NCBI GenBank assembly: GCA_963701085.1
Contig: OY969561.1
Span: 96,001 to 160,000, forward strand
Origin: an uncultured bacterium
GTDB taxonomy: Bacteria > Babelota > Babeliae > Babelales > Vermiphilaceae
Reading direction: 5' to 3'
DNA: 64,000 nt
This document shows, piece by piece, positions 54,965 through 64,000 of the stretch. The notes below the pieces were generated by a model. The model saw only the letters and a list, made by a program, of their open reading frames with translations. It was not told the DNA's origin and did no database searches. Both the position numbers and the translations under genes were made by a program. Positions within the stretch are counted from its first letter, which is position 1. Every line of letters starts with the position of its first letter.

Positions 54965-56835
54965 TATTTTTCCCTATATGTTTTGCGAGTTCAACAGCAA
55001 CTTCTTTAATCATAGATTGCCAATCACCTGGCGTAGGTTGTTTGAATAGGCGAGTGATGTTTGGATACCATGGAGAATCATTGCGATCTATCATCCAGCG
55101 CCAATCAGCAGGGTTCGGGAGCATAATCCATGTTGGTGTGCCAAGCCCACTTGCAAGATGGCTGATTGATGTATCAACCGTGATAATAAGATCGAGATTT
55201 TTTATTACCGCAGCAGTATCCATAAAACGACCATTGCTCTGATCAAAATCACCATCAAACGTGATAATGCGCATGCCTTCTGGTAAATCCTTAAGTTGAT
55301 CGGTGCCGGTTGTTTTTTGCAGGCTGTAAACAGTTACGCCGGGAACGTTGCAAATAGGTGCAAACTCTTTTGGATGTACTGATTTTTGGGCAACGGTTGC
55401 GCGTAATAATGGTGTTGCATAGTTATCATTTCCTTGCCAACAGATGCCAATTTTAAAGTTTTTATCCGCGGATAATTTTTGTTTCCAATCAGCTACTAAT
55501 TTTTCATCAGCATAAAGGTATGGAATTTCACAGGGAACAGTATCAAGGCGTGTTTTCAGAACATACGGTAATGATAACAATGGTGAATGAACATCAAAGT
55601 GTGGGGGGGTGTCATCGAGTGAAATCACTTGATCGATATGTTTGCAACGTTTCATGAGGGTGACGAGTGGTTTTTGTACTGCAGCAATAACAATGCCATT
55701 TTTTTCTTTGATCAATTTCGCGTAACGAATAAATTGAAACGTATCGCCAAGCCCTTGTTCTGCGTGAATTAAAATTGTTTTGCCTTGTAAATCTGATCCA
55801 TCCCAGCGTGGTTCAGAGTAGCTGCGCAATGATCCTTGAGAAGGGCGGTCTGTAGCGCCATTCATATCCATGCCATCCGCGTTCAAAATCGCCGATTACA
55901 AGATACGCAAGGCCGCGACTAAAGAGTGCCTCTGCATGGTTGGGATTAAGCTCGAGTACTTTATTATAGTAAGGGAGTGCTTGATCCAAGTAACCAAATT
56001 TTTTGTAAGTGAATGCAATGTTGTATAAAATTGATGGATTGTTTGGTAGTTGACGGTTAAGATCTTGGTATATTGCGAGTGATTCATCAAGTCTGTTGAC
56101 GGTGTTATAAACATTAGCAAGTTCAAAGGTTAAGTTGATATGGCCTGGTTCAAGGGTAAGCCCATCAGTAATAATATTAAGTGCTTGATTAAAAAGATGT
56201 TTATCATTGTAAACGCGTGCAAGTAATAGACGCGTGTCAGGGTCATTGGGGTTAAGAATGAGTGCTTGTTTAAATGGTTCAATTGCATCGCCTGCTTGTT
56301 TGACATCCGTCATTACTTTGCCAATTTGAATGTATGCACGATAGTGATCTTTTTTATGCTGAATTGTTTTTTTATACGCATATAACGCCTCAGAATATTT
56401 TTTTGCATAATAGAGTGCTTGACCAAGATTGAAAAATATCTGTGCGCAGGTGGGATTTAATGCAAGTGCTTGTTTGTAAAATGCAATTGCTTCATCATAC
56501 TGTTCTGCGGTAAAAAGGCCATTTGCATGTTTGCTGAGTGCTTCAAAAGATTGGTAGTCGATATATGAGTGTGGTTGTGGTTTTTTGAGATAATTTTCTA
56601 TTGCGGTAAACGTAACTTGTTTGTTTGCATTGCAAAGGGATGTAGTGAGTAGTAGAAGGATTACCCTTCGATACATTCTCCTGTGGAGAACACTCAGGGC
56701 GAGCGGGAAGAGAAATATATTATTCTTAAGGATTGCGGTAAATTCTAGCCCGCTCGTCCTGAGTGCCACCGTAGGTGGTGTATCGAAGGATGGTGCGGAA
56801 GAAAAACGTAGAATAGTTTGTTTAGTTGTATTCAT
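54951..56835 (-). CDS. TPR-repeat plus GT9-like glycosyltransferase with an apparent +1 insertion near 55851
   Basis: Removing one base from TGG CGC TAC A GAC CGC joins GYEWRY to DRPSQGSL..WDGSDLQGK; EQGLGDTFQF. Confidence 0.85.
56663..56791. repeat. Inverted pair of type C elements (56663-56707 plus, 56749-56791 minus) in the 5' coding region
   Basis: Inner hairpins TTCTCC/GGAGAA and CCACC/GGTGG. Confidence 0.88.
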
Positions 56836-56837
56836 AA

Positions 56838-56895
56838 AAAACTCCTTTTTTGTGCGCTTCTATTTCTGCTTTGTTATACACAAAAAAGGAGTTTT
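56838..56895. promoter_or_regulatory. Perfect 17-bp inverted repeat covering the RBS of the TPR-GT gene
   Basis: AAAACTCCTTTTTTGTG-N24-CACAAAAAAGGAGTTTT. Confidence 0.6.
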
Positions 56896-56965
56896 AATCA
56901 ATTTGATTAATAGTCTTTACCCATTTGCCCATTTGTGGTATGATGTGTTATAAGAGGTACCAATT

Positions 56966-57226
56966 ATGAAAAAAGAAACAAAATACGTAAAAATAGATTC
57001 CCGTAATCGTATTACCATACCAAAAAAGCTATCTGAGGGCATGTCTCATCTGTATGAGATATATGAGAAAGATGGGAAGATTATTCTTGAGCCAGTTTAT
57101 GAGGTTCCTAAAGAAGAAAAATGGTTGTTTGATCCTAAAAATAGGGCAATCGTTGATGAACTTAAGGCAGCACTCAAAGAAAAGGCTCACATAAGAATAG
57201 ATTTAAGCCAATTTGAAGAAGAATAA
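56966..57226 (+). CDS. AbrB/MazE-type antitoxin
   Basis: KIDSRNRITIPK, DGKIILEP; GAGG RBS. Confidence 0.8.
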   Translation: MKKETKYVKIDSRNRITIPKKLSEGMSHLYEIYEKDGKIILEPVYEVPKEEKWLFDPKNRAIVDELKAALKEKAHIRIDLSQFEEE

Positions 57227-57229
57227 TTA

Positions 57230-57526
57230 ATGACTTTTATATTGGAATATTCGGACACAGCGGCGAGACATTTTATGAGTCTCAAGGCTGATTCTTCGAA
57301 ACATAGAATTTTCAAGGACGTTGTTAAAGCTTTGCGGTACATGGAAAGTAATTTGCGGCATCCATCTTTAAACACTCATGAATACCATACTCTTAAAGGT
57401 CCTGGCGGTGAAAAGGTATTTGAGTCATATGCCCAACAAAAAACGCCTGGAGCATATCGAATATTTTGGCACTATGGTCCTGGTAAAAATATCATTTCAA
57501 TATTAGCAATTATACCTCATCCTTAA
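57230..57526 (+). CDS. RelE/ParE-superfamily-like toxin
   Basis: LEYSDTA, RHPSLNTH, GAYRIFWHYGP, IIPHP; coupled to the AbrB-like gene. Confidence 0.7.
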   Translation: MTFILEYSDTAARHFMSLKADSSKHRIFKDVVKALRYMESNLRHPSLNTHEYHTLKGPGGEKVFESYAQQKTPGAYRIFWHYGPGKNIISILAIIPHP

Positions 57527-57633
57527 AATTTGATTACAAAACACGATCAAAGAAAAATCAAAACAATTGGCTAAAAAAAAGTGTTGTATAGTACTTGCAA
57601 GTACTATACAACACTTTTTTTAATAAAATCAAT

Positions 57634-58743
57634 TTACAGTTCGCTTGGCGTCCACTTATTAATATATTCAACAAGAGGCGCAATGCTTTTTTTTGTAAGG
57701 GATGAAACAACAACGTGTGGCTCGTATTGTTCAATGGCTCCCGCTAAAAGCGTTGTATCAATTTTGTCGGCCTTGTTAAATACATAGAGTATTGGTGTTT
57801 CAATATTGAGGTCTTCAAGGATGTCGTTAACAACATGGATATGGTTTCGCCAGCCTGTATCGGCAATATCAACAACATGTAATAATAAATCAGCATAATG
57901 TAATTCTGAAAGTGTTGATTTAAATGCGTCAATTAATCGTGGAGGGAGTTGTTGAATAAATCCAACGGTATCAGAAATGGTACCCTTTTTTGTGCCATGA
58001 ATAAACAGTGAGCGTGTTGTTGTATCAAGGGTTGCAAACAGTTTATCTTCCGCCAAAACATTACTGTTGGTCAGTATGTTTAATATGGTTGATTTACCCG
58101 CGTTGGTATATCCAATAAGACAGACATTGGGCTCATTGTTGTTCAAGCGTTGTTTGCGGCGTGTTTCGCGCGCACTGTGCATTTTTGCAAGATGTCTTTT
58201 GATTTGTAAAATACCATCTTCAATATGACGGGTTTCTTTTTCTTTTGCCGTTTCACCAAAGCCGCCACGAACACCAATGGCGCCACATTGTTGGCCAAAA
58301 TGGATACCGCGACCAGAAAGGCGTGATTTTTTATGCTGTAGTTGAGCGATGGCAACTTGGAGCTTACCTTCTGCGGTATGAGCTGATTTTTCGAAAATTT
58401 CTAAAATAAGTTCAGTTCTATCAAAAATGTTACAATCAAATAATTCTCCCAAATTGCCGGCTTGGCGTGAAGAAAGAGGTTCAGATATAATTACCTGCTC
58501 AATTCCGTTTTCATCGCAAAATAACTTAATTTCATCTCGTTTACCCTTGGTTAAAAAATAACCAGGATCAATGGTACGAATTTTTATATTAAGCTCTTCA
58601 GCATCACGGACACCATTGGTGCGTGCTAAGTTACGAAATTCTTCAAAATAGGATTCCGTATTAGCAACATGATTTTGTGGCGATTGTACGCCCAGAAGGA
58701 GGGTTTTTGGGTAGACTACCGTAGAGGTTGCTTGTCTTTTCAT
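57634..58743 (-). CDS. hflX: Ribosome-splitting GTPase HflX
   Basis: DRTELILEIF, GYTNAGKST, LFATLD, DTVGFI, NKAD. Confidence 0.96.
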   Translation of the reverse strand: MKRQATSTVVYPKTLLLGVQSPQNHVANTESYFEEFRNLARTNGVRDAEELNIKIRTIDPGYFLTKGKRDEIKLFCDENGIEQVIISEPLSSRQAGNLGELFDCNIFDRTELILEIFEKSAHTAEGKLQVAIAQLQHKKSRLSGRGIHFGQQCGAIGVRGGFGETAKEKETRHIEDGILQIKRHLAKMHSARETRRKQRLNNNEPNVCLIGYTNAGKSTILNILTNSNVLAEDKLFATLDTTTRSLFIHGTKKGTISDTVGFIQQLPPRLIDAFKSTLSELHYADLLLHVVDIADTGWRNHIHVVNDILEDLNIETPILYVFNKADKIDTTLLAGAIEQYEPHVVVSSLTKKSIAPLVEYINKWTPSEL

Positions 58744-58809
58744 GATTTTTTGCCTTATTTAAAAAAAGTGCTGCGCACTTTTCATCGTATTAAGCTTGTA
58801 TGTGTTTCC

Positions 58810-58954
58810 CGCGCTCGCCCTGACCCTTCGGCAAGCTCAGGAGTAAACACCTGCCTTGAGAACTTGCAGTGCCTGCCGAAGCCTTGGCGAAGGCAGGTTG
58901 AAGGGTTTCTTAGAGCGCTCGAAGAGATCCTTCAACAGGTTCAGGACGAGCGCG
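58810..58954. repeat. Full type B element with nested type D (58824-58848) and an inverted type A-containing insert (58854-58897)
   Basis: CCCTGA[CCCTTCGGCAAGCTCAGGAGTAAAC]ACCTG[..GTGCCTGCCGAAGCCTTGGCGAAGGCAGG]TTGAAGGG. Confidence 0.9.
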
Positions 58955-58981
58955 AAAAGGCAAGAATGATCGGGTTGTCTA

Positions 58982-59727
58982 TATTCTTCTTTGTAATTAT
59001 AGCATAAGTATCAAAAAAATGTAGCGAGGGAACCATGAAAGTGGATTTGTTGATTAGCCAATATAGTTTTTAAGCAATTCTATAATTTTATTATAGTTGA
59101 CTATCGCTAACATAGTTAGGGCTAAGGCAATAATTGAAAATTTCATTGATTGCTGTTTTTGTGATTGTTGTTTCTGTTCCAATTTCTTTAAATATTCTCC
59201 AGGTGTTGCTTCATTTATTGATTGTCGGTAATGTTTCAAAAACTCATGATCTGTTAATTTTTGATTTTTCCAATAAGGTATATTGTCTAGAAGTGGAAGG
59301 AATGATTGATTTTTTTCTATAACGAGCATTTTAATGGCTTCCATATCCTCTATCATTGTACCACTCATTACTCTTATCTGTGTATAGTCAATAAAGTCAG
59401 ATAAAATGTCGTTTCTCATGGTAGGATATCCTTGAGTATTCATTAAGACTTTTGCACGATTTAAGCTACAACTAGTTTGATTTTTGATATATTTTACATA
59501 CTCAGTTATTTCCTTGGCATTCTTGGAATTTATTAGTTCATCAATATACTCATTGGTTGTTTTAAGGGAATCGTTTCTAATGCTCAGGTGCGGATTAAAT
59601 GGCTTGATTTGGTTTTCAGATGCTATAGTGATAAATCCTATATTTATTGTCAATAGAGCGATAAGATAATAATAGTTCATAAAATCCTCATTGTTAATTT
59701 TGATTATTCTTCTTTGTAATTATAGCA
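58982..59727. repeat. Perfect 23-bp direct repeats (58982-59004 and 59705-59727) flanking an ORFan
   Basis: TATTCTTCTTTGTAATTATAGCA twice; contains minus-strand TGCTATAAT. Confidence 0.85.
59054..59680 (-). CDS. Hypothetical protein with signal peptide and C-terminal TM helix
   Basis: Hydrophobic termini; GAGG RBS; very AT-rich. Confidence 0.65.
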   Translation of the reverse strand: MNYYYLIALLTINIGFITIASENQIKPFNPHLSIRNDSLKTTNEYIDELINSKNAKEITEYVKYIKNQTSCSLNRAKVLMNTQGYPTMRNDILSDFIDYTQIRVMSGTMIEDMEAIKMLVIEKNQSFLPLLDNIPYWKNQKLTDHEFLKHYRQSINEATPGEYLKKLEQKQQSQKQQSMKFSIIALALTMLAIVNYNKIIELLKNYIG

Positions 59728-59884
59728 CAGATGTGCTCAATGGTATAGGCGGATATGGTTAGGCTGGGGTTGGATTTTTCATCTTTTTCTTTTTCCAATG
59801 TTTTTTTTAGAAAAAGTCTGATATTTGTGCTAGGATAGACGCATAAAAATAAGCAAATTCTTTTTCCTTAAAAGGGCTTTTGGT

Positions 59885-61177
59885 ATGTTTGATTTTCTTT
59901 CACAAAAATTTTCATCATTGTTTTCTGGTCTTGAAAGTACTAAAAAATTAACAGAACAGAACATTCAAGAAGCGCTTGAGGCGGTGCAAGAGGCGCTGTT
60001 GGAGGCCGATGTTCCGTATGGTGTGGTGCAAACATTCATTGCATCAGTAAAAAAGGATGTTGTTGGGCAGAAAATAGTGGGGGCGTTAAAGCCAGCAGAG
60101 CAGTTAATGACGGTGGTTCAGCGTAAGATTGTTGATTTTCTTGGTGGTGATGATGCAACATCGTCATTTTCATTTCCGTCAACCGTGATGGTTATGGGGC
60201 TGCAAGGTTCAGGAAAAACAACGACCATTGGTAAGTTGGCGTATAAAATTAAAAAAGATGCTGAAAAAAATAATATCACTCAAAAAATTCTTGTTGGTTC
60301 AATAGATTTTTATCGTCCGGCAGCAATAGATCAACTTGAAGTGCTTGCACGTCAGGTTGATGTTTCTTTTTACCGTGCACAAAGCACTGATCCAGTTGTG
60401 GCAGCAAAAGAGATTTTTTCTTTTGGCCACAACAATGGCTACCATGTTATTTTGCTTGATACTGCGGGTCGCTTGCACATTGATAATACCATGCTGCAGG
60501 AGTTGCAAGAAGTTGATGCGCTGCTGCGTCCTGCGTATAAAATGTTAGTTCTTGATGCAATGACAGGGCAAGAGTCGCTGGCGGTGGCAAAAGCCTTTGA
60601 TGATACAATAGGATTTCATGGGGCTGTTTTGACTAAGATGGATAGTGATACACGCGGTGGAGCGGCATTTGCATTCCGTTTTGTGTTAAAAAAGCCGATT
60701 GTTTTTGTTGGTGAAGGTGAAAAAGTTACCGATCTTAATACTTTTTATCCTGATCGTGCGGCAGAGCGTATTCTTGGTATGGGCGATATTCGCACCTTAA
60801 TGGAGCGTGCAGAAGAGAAGATTTCTGCTGCTGAGCAAGAAAGGGCGGAAAAGGCGCTTAATTCAGGAACATTCTCATTGCAAGACTTCGCCAATCAGAT
60901 GGCAATGATGAATAAGTTAGGTTCTCTTTCACAATTATTGAAATATATGCCAGGTTTGGGCGCAAAAATTTCTCCTGAAATGATTCAAAGAGGAGAAGTT
61001 GAATTGGTTAGATTCCGTGCAATTATTTCTTCCATGACATTAAAAGAGCGTCTCAATGCCAATATTCTCAATAATTCAAGAATGGAACGGGTTGCAAAAG
61101 GGGCGGGGGTGGCTGTTCCGGATGTGGCTAAGCTATTGAAACGCTTTGAAGAAGCGAAACAATATGTTAAGCTATAA
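59885..61177 (+). CDS. ffh: Signal recognition particle protein
   Basis: ALLEADV, GLQGSGKTT, DTAGRLHID, RILGMGD, SSMT.KER. Confidence 0.96.
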   Translation: MFDFLSQKFSSLFSGLESTKKLTEQNIQEALEAVQEALLEADVPYGVVQTFIASVKKDVVGQKIVGALKPAEQLMTVVQRKIVDFLGGDDATSSFSFPSTVMVMGLQGSGKTTTIGKLAYKIKKDAEKNNITQKILVGSIDFYRPAAIDQLEVLARQVDVSFYRAQSTDPVVAAKEIFSFGHNNGYHVILLDTAGRLHIDNTMLQELQEVDALLRPAYKMLVLDAMTGQESLAVAKAFDDTIGFHGAVLTKMDSDTRGGAAFAFRFVLKKPIVFVGEGEKVTDLNTFYPDRAAERILGMGDIRTLMERAEEKISAAEQERAEKALNSGTFSLQDFANQMAMMNKLGSLSQLLKYMPGLGAKISPEMIQRGEVELVRFRAIISSMTLKERLNANILNNSRMERVAKGAGVAVPDVAKLLKRFEEAKQYVKL

Positions 61178-61255
61178 AATAAGTTTGGCCTTATTAAAGG
61201 CCTCGTTAATAAGAAGATATGTACATATTTTTCAGTTTTAGTAAGGATACTTTCT

Positions 61256-61573
61256 ATGGCAGTTAAAATTCGTTTGTCCCGTATTGGAACAACAAATCGA
61301 CCTTTCTATCGTGTTATAGCAACTGATGCTCGTAACAAAAGAGATGGTGAGATTCTCGCAAATGTTGGTACTTTTGATCCGATCAATGGTTCTGTAATTC
61401 AATTCCATGAAGATATTTATCAGGCATGGTTGGCTAAGGGTGCAATTGCGACAGATTCAGCAAAAAAAGTTTATCGTTTGTACAAAAAATCTGGTACATC
61501 GACCATAGCTCCCGCTGCAGCTGTAGCAAAAGAATCTGTTCAAGCAGAAAAAACTGCAGAAGAAGCAGTATAA
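61256..61573 (+). CDS. rpsP: 30S ribosomal protein S16
   Basis: MAVKIRLSRIG..PFYRVI..D.R..RDG. Confidence 0.97.
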   Translation: MAVKIRLSRIGTTNRPFYRVIATDARNKRDGEILANVGTFDPINGSVIQFHEDIYQAWLAKGAIATDSAKKVYRLYKKSGTSTIAPAAAVAKESVQAEKTAEEAV

Positions 61574-61582
61574 GGCGATAGC

Positions 61583-61813
61583 ATGATAAAAGAATTGGTC
61601 ACTTTTGTAGTGCAGCAATTGGTTTCGCATCCACAAGACGTTGTCGTGAGTGTTACTGAAAAAGATGATATAAATCTTTTTGAAATCAAAGTATCACCAG
61701 AAGACCGAGGACGTGTTATTGGAAAAGAAGGGCATACAATTAAATCATTGCGTGCTTTGATTGATGTAGCATCACCTTATGGAAAAAAAGTTTCACTTGA
61801 ACTGTCTCGGTAA
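61583..61813 (+). CDS. khpA: KH-domain RNA-binding protein
   Basis: DRGRVIGKEGHTIKSLR; follows rpsP. Confidence 0.9.
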   Translation: MIKELVTFVVQQLVSHPQDVVVSVTEKDDINLFEIKVSPEDRGRVIGKEGHTIKSLRALIDVASPYGKKVSLELSR

Positions 61814-61852
61814 TCCTTCGATACACCCCTACGGGGCACTCAGGATGAGCGC
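61813..61852 (+). repeat. Type C element filling the khpA-trmD gap
   Basis: ATCCTTCGATACA-CCCCTACGGGG-CACTCAGGATGAGCGC. Confidence 0.9.
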
Positions 61853-61860
61853 AAAATATA

Positions 61861-63165
61861 ATGAATATATCAATTCTTACTGTTTGTGATCAGTTATATG
61901 AGCCATTTGTGCATACCAGTTTGGTTGGACGTGCGCAAGAAAAAGGGATTGTACATATCGATGTACAATCGTTTTTTACGTATGTACAGCCAAAATCGCG
62001 CATTGATGCGCCTACTTTTGGTCCCGGAGCAGGGATGCTTATTCGTCCTGATGTTGTTCAAAAGGCAATAGAGGATAAAGAGGCTCGTTATGGTAAGGCA
62101 TTTAAGATTTTCTTTTCGCCCCGTGGTGAAAAAATGGATCAGCGTGTCTTTGAAACTATTGCAGCTCGAGCTCAGGAGTTGGGCCATTTGATGATTATAC
62201 CTGCGCGATATGAAGGAATGGATGCGCGTGTAGAAGACGAATACGCAGACATGATTTTATCCGTGGGTGATTTTGTTATTATGGGTGGCGATGTTCCGGC
62301 AATGTTACTCATTGAAGGCGTGCTACGCTTAATGCCTCAGGTTGTAGGTAAAGAAGAATCAGTGTGCCGTGAATCGTTTAACGGTCCGTTCGTTGATTTT
62401 CCATCATATACTGAGCCTGTTGAGTGGAAGGGTAAGCGAGTTCCTGACGTGCTTCGTTCCGGTAATCATGCAGCTATTGAAAAATGGCGCAGTGAACATT
62501 CGGTACAAAAGACCGTACGGGAGCATTTTTTATGGTTACGCTCTCAGGCACTTACTGATAATGATAAAAAGTTAGCGCGTCAGTATATTCCTTCTCATTA
62601 TGTCGCTCTTATGCACAGCGATGTGCTTGTTGGGCAAGAGAGAAAGCCTGGTTTTACATCGGTGACATCTATTGATATTCATGATATTGCACGGTCATCA
62701 AAGACGTATGGTGTAAAAGAATTTTTTATTGTAACACCATTGCTTGATCAGCAAAAAATTGTTCAAAAGATGCTTGATTTTTGGAAAAAAGGAATTGGGT
62801 TTGAGTACAATAGGTGTCGTTATGATGCCATTCAATTGGTACAGCTTATTGAATCTCTGAATGAAGTTATTAAAAAAATAGAAGAACGTGAAGGTAAAAA
62901 GCCGCTTGTTGTGGCAACATCAGCTCAGCTCGGTGATGCACAGCAGGTTGTTTCTTTTTATGACCAAAAAAAGGTATGGGCAAGTGATAGGCCGGTATTG
63001 ATGATTTTTGGTACAGGCCAGGGGCTTTCGCCATCAATCATTGAGCAATGTGATTATCTTTTATTGCCGATTGATGGGTTTTCTGAGTTTAATCATTTAT
63101 CAGTACGATCAGCCGTTGCGATTATTCTTGATAGGTGGCTTGGGGTTAGCCCACAACGAGCTTGA
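61861..63165 (+). CDS. trmD: tRNA m1G37 methyltransferase fused to a second SPOUT-class methyltransferase domain
   Basis: FGPGAGM, RYEGMDARV, GDFVIMGG, LRSGNH; then DIHDIARS..TYG, FGTGQGL, FNHLSVRSA. Confidence 0.93.
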   Translation: MNISILTVCDQLYEPFVHTSLVGRAQEKGIVHIDVQSFFTYVQPKSRIDAPTFGPGAGMLIRPDVVQKAIEDKEARYGKAFKIFFSPRGEKMDQRVFETIAARAQELGHLMIIPARYEGMDARVEDEYADMILSVGDFVIMGGDVPAMLLIEGVLRLMPQVVGKEESVCRESFNGPFVDFPSYTEPVEWKGKRVPDVLRSGNHAAIEKWRSEHSVQKTVREHFLWLRSQALTDNDKKLARQYIPSHYVALMHSDVLVGQERKPGFTSVTSIDIHDIARSSKTYGVKEFFIVTPLLDQQKIVQKMLDFWKKGIGFEYNRCRYDAIQLVQLIESLNEVIKKIEEREGKKPLVVATSAQLGDAQQVVSFYDQKKVWASDRPVLMIFGTGQGLSPSIIEQCDYLLLPIDGFSEFNHLSVRSAVAIILDRWLGVSPQRA

Positions 63166-63214
63166 GGTAATATCATTTTTGGGTTATATTTAAAAATATT
63201 TATATGAACACGAT

Positions 63215-63245
63215 GTGCCCTTCCGAAACTTTAGTAAAAGTAGGG
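63215..63245 (-). repeat. Degenerate type A element upstream of rplS
   Basis: Minus strand CCCTACTTTTACTAAAGTTTCGGAAGGGCAC. Confidence 0.6.
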
Positions 63246-63261
63246 CGAAAGAGGATCTCGC

Positions 63262-63684
63262 ATGAAAGCAGCATTTTACACAAAAGAAACGATTCGCAGT
63301 ATTGGTATGAAAAACCGTGAACTTCCAACATTTGGAATTGGTGACACGGTTGTTGTATCGCAAAGTATTAAAGAAGCAGGAAAAGAGCGCTTACAAGCAT
63401 TCCAGGGCAATGTCATTGCAATTCACAAAAAAGGCGTATCGAGCACCTTTATTGTGCGTAAAATTGCTGACAATTCAATTGCCGTAGAACGTATTTTTCC
63501 TTTCTTTTCACCGCTTATTAAAGAAGTAAAAGTACTTGGTAAAGGTGATGTTCGTCGTGCTAAGTTATATTACCTTCGTAAAAGAGTTGGTAAAGCAGCA
63601 CAAGTTAAGCAAGTTGTTGAAACAAAAGCTTCAATTGCAAAACGCAAAGCAGATCAAAAAGCGACTGTTGCTGCGTCTGAGTAA
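63262..63684 (+). CDS. rplS: 50S ribosomal protein L19
   Basis: KERLQAFQG, VERIFP, GDVRRAKLYYLR. Confidence 0.97.
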   Translation: MKAAFYTKETIRSIGMKNRELPTFGIGDTVVVSQSIKEAGKERLQAFQGNVIAIHKKGVSSTFIVRKIADNSIAVERIFPFFSPLIKEVKVLGKGDVRRAKLYYLRKRVGKAAQVKQVVETKASIAKRKADQKATVAASE

Positions 63685-63686
63685 TT

Positions 63687-64000
63687 ATGAATCCTATCAG
63701 AGGGGATTTGGTAGTCGTACGTTGCGTTATGATTATGTTTTGTTTGCTTTTTTCCTCTTGCACAAAACAACAATCATGTCGGCAAAAAAAAGGTATTGAA
63801 CAATTGCGTGATACAGCTCAAGAAGATTATCTTGATACTGTTATTCAGCAGGAAGCAATGCTCGTCGATGTTCCAATTCCCCTTTATGATGAACGCATTA
63901 TCCCATCATTTTCTCATGCTCCTGAATCCGATACATTAACTTTTGGTTATAAAAGTCCATTATCTCGCGAACAAGCAATTGATTTTTTTCTCAATCAGAT
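63687..64000 (+). CDS. Putative lipoprotein (3' partial; absent from ORF track)
   Basis: Open frame MNPIRGDLVVVRCVMIMFCLLFSSCTKQQ.. to the window end; lipobox-like FSSC. Confidence 0.55.
   Translation, partial: MNPIRGDLVVVRCVMIMFCLLFSSCTKQQSCRQKKGIEQLRDTAQEDYLDTVIQQEAMLVDVPIPLYDERIIPSFSHAPESDTLTFGYKSPLSREQAIDFFLNQ

Noticed and set aside
61178-61255. Frame stays open from the ffh stop into rpsP (possible readthrough fusion)
   Set aside because: Only 26 codons, rpsP has its own AAGGA RBS; chance or a local base error near the ffh end is more likely.

Overview
AT-rich bacterial chromosomal segment, standard code. Gene content (many signal-peptide ankyrin/F-box/WD40 ORFans around core genes) suggests an intracellular parasite of protists, most likely Dependentiae/TM6 (inference). 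1-21 kb and 57.6-64 kb are housekeeping: pseudouridine synthase, murA, orphan atpG, tsaE, six tRNAs, rpmG-secE-nusG-rplKAJL-rpoBC, rpsO-pnp-rph, hflX, ffh-rpsP-khpA-trmD-rplS. 21-57 kb is largely accessory. Two signals stand out. (1) A hierarchy of small palindromic elements (types A-F, my labels; over 25 copies) with compensatory base changes. They nest inside each other at recurrent sites, abut tRNA CCA ends, and sit in-frame in murA, tsaE, pcrA and two TPR-glycosyltransferase genes. (2) Nineteen putative exported proteins have Met right after the predicted signal cleavage site, followed by F-box, BC/SOCS-box, ankyrin, WD40, degenerate macrodomain or mitochondrial-presequence-like segments. 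Several single-base frameshifts, including two in essential rpoC, point to consensus errors, so pseudogene calls are tentative.
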